From: Lytechinus pictus
Lineage: Eukaryota
Direction of reading: 5' to 3'
Assembly (NCBI RefSeq): GCF_037042905.1
Contig: NC_087250.1
Span: forward strand, 23,190,001 to 23,254,000
DNA: 64,000 nt
In this document: piece after piece, positions 38,701-50,700 of the stretch
How the letters are laid out: the number at the start of each line of letters is the position of its first letter
Numbering within the stretch: the first letter of the stretch is position 1
Made by a program: the position numbers and the translations under genes
Notes under the pieces: generated by a model
What the model was told of the DNA's origin: nothing
Seen by the model: only the letters and a program-made list of their open reading frames with translations
Databases searched by the model: none

Positions 38701-41700
38701 TTCATTTAGTCTTATGCCATTCCTTTTATGAACATTTCATCTAACAACCATTTCGTCCAATAACCATTAGGTCCAATCATCACTTTGTCTAATCACCAGT
38801 TTGTTTATGACCATTTTATCTCATAACCAGTTGGTCTAATATCCATTTTATTTTCATTCTTTTCGCCAAATTAGCAAATAGTCCAATTAGACCAAATGGT
38901 ATATGGGTATTATGGACTAAATGGCTATTGGACCAACTGGTTATTAGATGAAATGGTGAGTGGACAAAATGGCAATTAGACCATGTGGATAGTGGACGAA
39001 CTGATAATAGACCAAATGATAGTAGACAAGACATGTAATTTGCATGTCAACTCATCTGCGATTCATAGAATATTTGCCCAGGAAACTCTTGGAATATTTC
39101 TGGTATTCCATTCTGAGCCATCCAATATAATGTAAATATCTCACCCTGTCTATTGTTGCCTCTTATTGGTGAATAGTGAAACTATTTCCTTTATTTATTA
39201 CTAGTGATAATATCTTTATATCACATGGTTATTGCCGATACAGGAAATATAAAAAACTATCTCACCCTGTCTATAGTTGCCTCTTATTGTATGGAATGCA
39301 AAGAGCAGGTCATAGTAGTTGATAGTTAATAGATCCACAGACCGAGCTCTCGACTCAATGATGCCAACGATCTGAAACAAAACAACAAAAATTCATGTGC
39401 AATCAATAAATTTGATACCATCTCAACCGTGCTTAAATCGTCTTAAGGGGAATCAAAAGAAAGTTTCTCAAGAAAATGTTCAATTGACTGAATACATTGT
39501 TGGATAGAATGAATTTGAATAAGCCTTTCATAAAGATAAAGGCCACCACACACTTTACGACTGTTCGTGATCTGACTTTTGAACAAATCACATTTTGCTC
39601 CTTTTCTGAAAATGTGAATGGAACATATCATTTTATTTGAGGTTAAAATTAATTGAAAGAATACTAATATAACCATTTTGAAAGATTGCAAGCCTTTATT
39701 TTGGAGTAAAGGCCAAATCAAATTGTATATAGCCAATCGTACGACTGCTATGACGTCATTATGACTAGATATTAAATCCGCTTTTATTCTAAGAAGGATG
39801 ATAGCATAGTCACAGATTTGAACATAGGTATTCGTACGATGATTTCGAACATTACACAGTAAGATATTCCAAGTCTCAATATTAGCATCAAATTCTAATA
39901 CGTTTTATTCCAAAATTGAGTCGCAAACCAATCGTAAGGTGTGCGGTTGCCTTAACGAGGATTACATCCAATTAATGAATTAAATCACTTGAGTTCAATG
40001 ACTAGAATAAAACTGCACAATGCAGGACCCCCTTCAGATATGATCTTTAGATGTAAAAGAAAGAACAGTGTTCCAGCCTTGGGAACCTCTGTCATATTTT
40101 ACCTCATCGTGAAGATCAATGTAGGGATACTGACAGAGCTGCTTCATTCGTCCTTGCTCACATAAAACCACAACAAACTGACGTAAACAGTCTCTCCTCC
40201 TGTAACGAAAATAAAGAAATTAACAGTCATAATATAAATCAACAGTGGATACAATTTTTAAAAACACAGTGTATATGGTCATCAAAAGGATTATTATTGT
40301 TTTATAAGATATATGGTAACAATTTAAAAATGAGTTTGTACAGAATCCTAGAAGATGACCACCCAAATGTCTGTTTGCATAAATCAAAGATATGTGCTAA
40401 ACCATTCTGGAAGCAATCATGTAATTGCTGAAAAATTAGCAAAATAAGCACAGCATGTTCAGCATTTTCCCCCAAGCAAAAATATTACAATGCTCCACAT
40501 GTGCATATCCCTGTAGGTGATGTACAGTACGATCATTTGTCAGCTTTCGCTTTCATGATTTCACAGAGTTCAGTCTATGTAACTGTACCTGGGTTCCGTA
40601 ACACAAAGGTTAGCGATTGATCGTACGCTTGATTTTTACCATTGATTGCACATTGTAGTCAATGGAATCAATCATGAAAATTTGTTCTACGATCATTGCT
40701 AAGCTTTGTGTTACGGGCTCCAGATCTATATCCAAGATGATACAGTGACAACTAATTTCAGTTTTACAGACTTTCTCAGGATATCAGTGTTAACTGCAAC
40801 TACAAGTTTCAATTATCTTTAAAAGACAAGTTTGAAATGAGTTTTTGATTGGGAAAACCTCAGACTCTCACCTTTCAGGGTCAAGGTTAGAGGTCATTGC
40901 TGATTAAACCTCATCATTGTAATCCAATTCAAGATGAGGTATCTTTATAATTATCCCTACATGATATGATTTGATAAAATTTGACCTCTCACCTTTCAGG
41001 GTCAGGGTTAGAGGTCATTGCTGATTAAACCTCATCATTGTAATTCAGTTCAACATGAGGTATCTTTATAATTATCTCTACATGATATGATTTGATAAAA
41101 TTTGACCTCTTACCTTTCAGGGTCAGGGTTAGAGGTCATGGCTGAGTAAGCCTCATCATTGTGACCCAATTCAAGATGGTACTTGAATATTTTCACCCAC
41201 AAGGTTGGCTGTGAAATATATAAAATAAAACAAATAATTACATTTTATATAAAAAAATTGAATTAAGAGTTAAGTACACATGTCACACTTTTATTAACTT
41301 GATAGATTCTTGATTGCACAGTCAAATTCATGTCTCCTCCATTTCTAGATCAAGAATGTAGTTCACACCTGACTTTTAAAATTCAAAATGACCTCTGCAA
41401 CTTTTGACCTCTTGACCCTAAAATCTACCAAGATCATCCTTATTCACAAATGTATATAACATAGTCAACAATAGTCAACTCAACAGTGGAAGAGCATGAT
41501 TACCTTGGCGAAGGACGATTTGTTTGCAAGCTGGCTTTAATAATAACGTTTCATTTACCGAGGGTAGCCACTTCAGTTGGAAACTGATCTACCAGTGGGC
41601 CCTGCATAACATAATTTGTTATTATTACCTTTCTCCAGTCTAAATGCTGAGCGCCAAGCAAGAAGGCAGAAGGTCCCATTTTTATAAGTCTTTGGTATGA

Positions 41701-44700
41701 CTCGGCCGGAGATTTCTTTCTATGGGCTTCAAGTATGTTAAAGAAAATACTGGTGCTATGCACTGACATAGCACCAGACCCGTTTCAATGCGTAATATAA
41801 TCTTCTTAATGTTCTATTCTTCTTAATTTGAAAGTCCAGCCCCCCCTACCCCTCCTCAGTGACGGTTGATGCAAATTACAGTTAATTGGTTTTTTTTGTC
41901 TAACCAAACATGTCAAAGGTGTCAATGATTACAAATAAAAAGAACTGAAAAAAAAAGGCGAAGAGAGTTGAAAAAAGCTGAAATCGAAAGAGCTCATACA
42001 CTTGTACAGAGGAGGTCTAAAATGAACTGAGATTAAGCTGAAAATAAAAACCAAAATAGCTTAAATCAGCTGAACAGATGGGACTCTCACACTCGAGCAT
42101 GTGTAGAGCAGTAGCATTAAAACGTGCTTTGCGTTTCAGTCAAATTCAGCCATTCCAGAGAAATAGGCAATAATCAACCCATTGCCGACTGGAACTGGGT
42201 GGCCTCTGTACAAAATCTATGGGAAATTTCAGAATTCGGTAGTCAACCGGTTAACGTACCAGATTCGGGTCATCTGTATCAGCAGCACTCAGTGCAGTCT
42301 TAGCCAATGAGATCACGAGCTCTCTCAATTCAAACTGCTCCAGTAGACCAATCACCTGAAGAAAACAAAAAAGAAAAGAGAAATTGCAGCCAATGCAAAA
42401 AGCCTGATGTTAAATGGTATACAAATAATGAATGTTTATGAGTGCAATGGACAGAATACTTCATGAGGTGAAAGATGAAATGATCCATTCAATGAGGCGT
42501 AGCCGAGTTAAATGGATCATTCATTTCATCTTTCACCGAATGAAGTATTCTGTTCACTGCACGAATGATAATTACATACATTATTTGGTTTATATGACAC
42601 CTAAAAATATATTCTTTTTCATATGAAATTTATGAATTTCGATGCAAAATATGCTCAGTCTGTTTTGACAATGACATGTTGATTGTCGCGTACATACAAC
42701 ATGCGCGCGTGCAATGGACAAAATCGTATGGATCCTAAATTGCACGGTTGATAACGTCATTGTAAAATGAGCTGAATGATCGATATAAAACAACCAATCA
42801 AATGACAAGGATCTATCAAGGTGTCATATAAAATAAAAAACTAACTATTTGTTTGATCTGCAACTGTCCCCAGGGGTCGTTGCAAAGAGTAACAGAAGCT
42901 ACTAAAGTTGTATTTGCTGCAGTCCTCCTAATCATTGTTTTTCGTATTAATATTATCTTTATTTTTGAACATCATCATCCCCATTGTCCCTACATCCCTT
43001 ACCTTTAGATGGTTAAGTCTCCAGCTTCTTCCCTAGTAGCTCTGCAGTCAAGAGAAGCCTATTAAGCAGGAAGTCCTCTGTGACTCACCTCCTGGAACCA
43101 CCCCTCCTTTCATCCCCCCTCATCCCTCCCATCCTCCTTCCTCACCTTCAGATGGTAAAGAGTCTCAAGCTTCTTCCCCTGTAGTTCTAAGAAGCCTGTT
43201 CAGCAAGAAGTCCTCTGCCCCTATCCTGTGACTCGCCTCCTGAAAGCACCCCTCCCAGCCCTCCCTTCATCCCCCCCCCCCATCCTCCTTCCTCACCTTC
43301 AGATGGTAAAGAGTCTCAAGTTTCTTCCCCTGTAGTTCCGTAGTTCTTAGAAGCCTATTCAGCAGGAAATCCTCTGCCCCTATCATGTGAATTGCCTCCT
43401 GAAAGCACCCCTCCCTTCATCCCCCCCTCATCCCTCCCATCCTCCTTCCTCACCTTCAGATGGTAAAGGGTCTCAAGTTTCTTCCCCTGTAGTTCCGTAG
43501 TTCTAAGAAGCCTGTTCAGCAGGAAGTCCTCTGCTCCTATCCTCTGACTCGCCTCCTGGAAGCATCCCAAGGCCTTCACAGGCTCACCTGTGTTCAGGTA
43601 GCAGTGAGCTCGTAGGAACTGACGGGACGCTGCGTTCCACTCACACCATGGCGACAGGAGACGGATGTAACCCTGGGTGGAGAGCGTGAGAATCGCACAA
43701 ATACTGATTATACAGATGATTGGTATAATTGATTTAATATAACGGTGAATGTAATCAATTGTAATATCTGCTCTGCAATCAATCAAAAGGCTTTGTGAAA
43801 ATGGACACAGGCAATGAATAATTTGAAGCAGTATTTGATCAGTTTCATTCATCATGTTGTGCATAATTGCACACTTGTATTTTGAAAGAAATTTGAAAAC
43901 ATAATTCCATGACTTTTCCATGACTAAATTGCTGCTTTCCATGACTTCTATTCTGGCACGGTTGGCCTCACCATACATGTAGAGTATGAGAGTTGCAAGA
44001 CACGACAAACTGGAAAGCTGCCATAGCCAAGAGGTAAATGCAATTCTATGACTTTTCCATTACCAAATCCCCTTTCCAAGACTTTTCACAAATTTTCCAA
44101 ATTCCCTGACTTTTCCTTGACTTTCCCTGACAACAAATTTTTCCAGGATTCTCCATGACTGTAGGAACCCTGATTATTGACATCTGGGCCGACCCTTATT
44201 ATCACCATCTGAAAGAAGACTATGGCTCAAACCTTGAACCGCTGCATCATCCCGTAACTCCAATGGTTGGATTAAAGGTGCATGCTACTAAGCCAAATTG
44301 GTTACCATAGTTTTTTTTTTCCATTGGTTTATGCATTGTCCTTTACAGACACATTGGGGAACTGAGGGGAAATGGCGATCAACTGGCATCATGGTCGGGC
44401 ACAGACAGGTGGAGAATGCGAGAAATATCATTTAATTCTTATCTCATTTTTATAAAGCCTTGGGCATTTGCAAATTTGTATGACCAATCCTCCACACACT
44501 TATGGGGTGTTGCAAGAAACTTGTGATCAACTGCAAGTCTATTTTTGGTCCCTAAATCAATCATATGTCTTGCAGTTAATTGCAAATTAGTGATTGGTTG
44601 CTAATTTGCTCCTTGAAACAAGAAGTTTAATCTGATTTGCTACAGCTAACGTTGATCTATCAGTTGTAAAATTGCAACAGAATATTTGCAATTGATCACA

Positions 44701-47700
44701 AATATTTTCTTGCAACACCCCCTTAGTCTGCGGGTACAGACCTTTGGTTTTTGCATAATGTACAATGCAGAGTCTGCAGTGGTGAGACTAGATTCCCTCG
44801 TGTACTGTGGCTGCTTGTTATTTGACACAGAAAGAGACTTTGGAGTCTAGTCTTCACTCAAGATATGGTATGATTTGTGTGAGTGTCAAATTTGAGTCTG
44901 TTCTGGCAGACAACCCACCCAACCCAAGAACCTTAACCCTCAAGCTCCCGGGGTATTTTGATTCTTGTCATTCCCGGGGGGGGGGGGGGGGGGGGGGGGG
45001 GGCCATTATGGCCCCCCCTTAAGATCTCGGCCGCCGATCGCGCGAGCGACGCAAAAATTTGCACGCTGGTAGTGTGTGATGTAATCTACAAGGCTGTATG
45101 GTAAAATTTTCCAAAATATTGAGATTTTATTTTATATGAATTAATTATGCTAATTTATGCATAAATCATACTTTTTGCTCTAATTCACTAAATAAAGCTC
45201 CTAGAATGCTAATTTTTGGTAAAAATATTCTTTGTAGCATTCTTAACAATCGTAATTCAAAAAAACTTCGGTTTGGAAATCAATTTCTTATGTATTTTAT
45301 TGTTTTATGAATTTCTTATGTATTTCTTTGTTTTTTTACTTTTGGTTTTTTATTGTTTTTTCAATGGAAATCGTTCCAGACTTAATTCTGATCATAAACA
45401 AGGCAAAATTAATTAAGTTTAATCAGTAAAAGTAGAAATAATGATACATTTATGAATTTTGGCTAAATACACTATTTGCATTGGATTTGTACATGAAATC
45501 ACGTTTATGAGCAATTTTGGGTCTGACATGCACTTATATAATGTTGCGTAATGTCGTATCCGCGTACCCGGGCGTCACAAATTTGGTCTCAAAATTTGCG
45601 CGAGACTTGAAAGTAAAAAGTCAGTGAGCGGCGAGGTAAAAAAATTTCTCGCAGCAGATATATCGCGAAAATTGTTGAGGGGGGGGCCATTATGGCCCCC
45701 CCCCCCCCCGGGAGAATTAGGGTTAAGTTGTGTATGCATGGTTGTGCCTTGTATACACAGTAGGGGGAATGGATGAAAGATAAGTCCTACCTGTAGTTGT
45801 GTATACTGGCACTTTGACATCAAGTACTCCTCAAACAGGAAGTTGGCACTGATTGGCCAGCTGATCACGGTCAAAGGTCAAGGTCAAATAACAACTGCAT
45901 CAGCTTAATATATTTGCTACTAACTACACTCATCATAATTTCATTTTGAATCAATATCTTAAGTTAATTTCACCTGGGGATGCATAAAATTGGATATTTA
46001 GGTATTTGATTATGACCAACTTTATAAAATAAAATAATTGAAGCTCTGAGGCTGTTAAACAAGAAGTTGGATTCAAACACAACTAAAAAACATCTAATAC
46101 AACTTGATTACCAATCATTCAAAAGTGTCTAGTTGGGCTTTGGATTTGATTTTGTGTGTTGTCAATCCTGCATTGGGACACCCCCTGGTCATGATTTTAG
46201 ATTCCCTTTGAAACAATAGCCCCATTACAAGAACCTTTATTTGAAAGTTGAAAGTTACCTGAAATTACATTAATCCAACTACCTATTCTTATGCAAGTTT
46301 TTATGAAATAGGGAAATATAGAGACGATTTTTCTCAATAAAATATGATTAATTTTTTTTTTTTTAATCACATTTTATGAAGAAAAAAACGTAATGCCGTT
46401 ATGCCGTAAATACGGCAAAAACATAATGGTTGGCAGGTTTAATTGTTCTTGGAACACAGTGCAAAGGATACATTAACTGAGCTAGTGCCTTCACTGCTCC
46501 TGGGAAGAATTTACCCCAATCCTGCAGTCCCTCCACTCTCCTGTTCGCCCTCTTTGCTAGAATGGAACGGACATAGCTCCCTCCACTTCCCTGTAGAAAC
46601 AACTCAACCAGGGTGGGTGAGGGTGGACTAGTCCACGATGAAGACGGGGAGGTTTGGCTGTTGTCTGTGGAGATTTCAAGGACTGCCATCTGCCTCAGGT
46701 GAAATTCCCTACAGAATTCGAAAGTAAATAATAATAATAATAATAATAATAGCTGGATTTATAAAGCACTTTTTGCCTGAGGATACAAAGCGCTGTTAGT
46801 ATTACCCCGGCTTTAGCTCGAGCTACCATCACCAGCACTCAGTGCATTCAAGGGATTACTCCTGCAAGGAATTCACCTCTCCTGGGTCGAGTGCAGCACA
46901 GTGTGGATAAATTTCTTGCTGAAGGAAAACACATGAAGACGGACCTGCCAACCTCTGGGAATGAAAAAGTGTATTCTGTGATTTTAAAAAAGTGTATTTT
47001 CCCCCCAAAAAGTGTATTTCATAATAAATTGCATAGCGCACTCGCTCATCGCGGTGCTCAAGCTGCATGCAAGCTAAAATGCGCACTGCTCTTGCAGATA
47101 AAAAAAAAACATTTAAACATGTGTATATCTCACCCTGGTTTTAACAAAATGATTGAGAAAAAAAAACAAGTTACCTGAAATTACATTGATCTAATAACCA
47201 TATTTGTGTAAGTTTTAAGAAATAGAGACATATAGAGATGATTTTTCTCCATAAATTACGATTTTGTAAAAAAAAAATATATATATATATATTTCTACAA
47301 AAACGTATTTTTAAAAGAAAAAACGTACTGCTGTATTTTGGTTGCAAAAACGTACTAAATACGCCAAATACGTACTGGCTGGCAGGTCTGCAATTGGGTA
47401 CCAGCTTTCAAAGTTCTGGGTTGGTTTGAAGCACTAAATAGTGATAAACTTTTCAAAATCAACAATAATCTAGTTATATTGTATTACCGCAATTTGTCAA
47501 CATCAGGGATGCCACTAGGTGTCCTCCAAAAATACTGAAACTTATCGCGGGCCGGGATAGTGTCCAAGAAATTTTTTTTTTAGGGGGGTCCACCTTTAAT
47601 TTTGGGATGGACACATGTCACAGGTAAAAAATTAAACAAGCAAAAAAAAAAAAAAAAAAATTAGGAGGGGGGGGGGGGGGGGGGGGGTCCGCCCCCACCT

Positions 47701-50700
47701 CAAATTTAGGGGAGGGGGGAGGACCAAGTGGTTTCTTACCTTCTTGTGATCGATGACTTTGAAGTCAATTAGGTTTGAAAAACTGACGGTAGTTAGTTGT
47801 GTGTTTCTCATAGAACGCTAGACCAAAAGCTTCAGTCTCTGTATTTTGGTTGTTCAGCTGAACCGCGTTGGCTCCACTCACCAATAGTTAGACTGAAGAG
47901 TTGTTGGCCCGTACATAAAGACTACGTATCAGCTAACCCAGGGAGCTCCGGGCCGGGGCTAGCTTATACGTAACCCAAGGAGCTCCGGCCCGCTTTCCGG
48001 GCCGGAGCTCCCTGGGTTCCGTATCAGCATGCAGCAGTAACGTTAGATCTAACATTCGGCGGAAACCCGATTTTCGGATCGTTTTTGGCACATAAAATGT
48101 CACATTTTAAAAAGATAATTACATCCAAACTTATAAAATATAACTTATATAAAATTCAGAAACATCGTACCTTAGACCGCAGTTACCGCTAATTCCTTTC
48201 AAATGATGATCAAAACTTAGTCATCCTCGATTCCTTCGTTGGTCATCGTAAGTTGCCATCTTGGATGACGTCATCATCTGTACAGACGTGATTCGTGCCG
48301 CTACTTTGTGCTTGTCTATGAGCGTGCGTTTGGAATTTGTCGCTCGCATTGATTGGCCAGGATATCGATAATTCTAATCAGAAAGCCTTGATAAAAGCAT
48401 AACTCAATGAACGTAGTAGGCAGTGCGCGCGTTTATAATTTATGTACTGTATAAAAGCAAATATCTCGGGGGAAATATCTCTCACTCGGTCGATCGACAT
48501 GCATCGCAATCGGAAGAAATAGGGGGGAAAAAAGGAGGACTTTCGGTTTTTTTTAATACACAGAAAACAGGAAAAGTCGGAAATACGGAAATAAGACAGA
48601 TAGCAGGAAAAAAGCCGGAATTCCGTATAAATACGGAAAAGTGGCATCCCTGCAACATAATTATAAAACAATATTCAATATTCAATATTTTATTCAATAT
48701 CGCATAATTTTGATCGTATTGAAATATCGCCCAGCAAAATTCCATTCAAATTGTGACATAAAATGTATAGTGGGGAGTGTGGTTACGACACTCGTATTTC
48801 AATCAGAGAGACATTGGTTTGAATCCTAGCCATGGTGTGTTTTCCTTCAGCAGGAATTTCCCCACATTGTGCTGCACTCAACCCAGGTGAGGTGAATGGG
48901 TACCATAGAGATGTATACTAATTACGCTAGAGTGCGGAGTCGCCATAGGCGCGCGTACTTAACGTCTGTGATTGCGCGGAGCATGGTCGGCCATTGCTCG
49001 ATAGGTCTAGATTCGCAAAAGTACCCGGATGTTCCCATAGCTCGTACGTTGTAACGCTGAGAAAAGGGATGCTGTCTCCGGCTTTTATCTTGAAGAAAGG
49101 AATCCAACCTCATTACAATTAAAAATATGAAAGACAAATTGTATCTCAATAAACTATTAGTGTGATTACATGGGAATTCTGCTATTAATTTGTCTTTTTA
49201 TCTGGATTCTCGGGATGAAATTCTCTATAAAGTGTATTTACGATTACCTGCCACTGATGCCTGTTAGGCCTATAGATAATAATATATAACAGTATTGATA
49301 ATATGACATAACTAAGTAGAAAAAAATTAAACATACAACATTAAAAGTAAATTTTGACAATCATTTCAAAAGACAGTTAATTAGCCCATCTTCTCCGGAC
49401 TTCCCTATCTTTGGCTTTAATGATACATCATCCTTTGGGCTTTTTTGGCACATTCCTTCGTCCACATGATTCCGTGTTCTCATGACCATTTTTTTTATGA
49501 TGGATATAATTTTGTAAATTTAATTCATTTCAACTCTATTCGTTTCACTTCACCTCAATTCATTTTTTTTTCATTCAAACATAATACAAAGTAATATATA
49601 TCGGATAGGCTCTACAATTTTACAGATGAATATTCTTATCTCGTAAAAAAACCAGTAGGCTTATAAATTGAGCATCAAATGACCAACTGCATGAAACTTG
49701 CATTAATTTGTATGAAGTATATACTAGTTTGTTTTAAATGTACAATAATTTGTATAAGAGTTTTGATCTTTGATTACTATTTTATTAGCAAGTATAGAGT
49801 ATTTAAAGGGCATCTTATTAATTTTACATCATGGTGAGCCTCCCGTTACACCATCAATGGTAAAACTATATTGGGTTTTCAGTGCACTTTTAATTTTTTT
49901 TTCTCATAGGAACATGATAAATTCCCTAAATCTGCAGGCCTATATCGCACCGAAAATGAAATTGTTCAAAATTTTTTGCTTTTAATACCCTTCTATTTAA
50001 GTTAGAATCGGTTTATTTTATTCGCTTTTTAGGGGGTGGGATGTAATTAAAGTGACATACGCACCCGGAAGAAAATTCACAATCAAAATAAAAGTATACA
50101 AGTACAGGGGGCTCGACTGGACCCCTCCCTGACAGGTATCACTTGAGGTTAAAATTAGGATCACTCAACAGCCAACAATAATTGTATTATCTTATTCCAA
50201 GTATTTGTCAGTTTCACAATAGGCCTATTATTGCTTAATATGTTAGGTTTTTGTACTCACAATTTTGCAAAACTTTTTTATTTTAAGTTTTATTAAGATT
50301 GCAATAGATGTATCTCAGGATATTTGTTATCAATTGGTTTTATACACTCAGTTGTAGTAATAATATTCTTTGTAGTATAGTTCAAATTATAATTATAACT
50401 CACTCCCGCTGTTTCTTCTCCTCTCCTCCTTCTTCCATACCTTAATTATTATTCGATCCTTGATTTGTTCACATAATTTGTCAAATCAAAGGATTAAACA
50501 CCAGCGATATATTATGTCAACAGAGTATTTCAGCCGATCATTATATTATTTCAGCCGGGGGGGGGGGGTCAAGTCTAGATTTTCCAGAAAATCAAAGAGA
50601 AACTCTTTTATGTTGCGTTAAACACGCATTGTAATTTGTTTATCATGTTATTTGCAAGGCAATACTGTAAACATAATTTCCCCCATTAGGCCTCCTGTAC

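Noticed and set aside
43355..44008. 217-aa ORF as a standalone gene
   Set aside because: Only 43454-43672 is exon; the rest is intron and MITE read-through.
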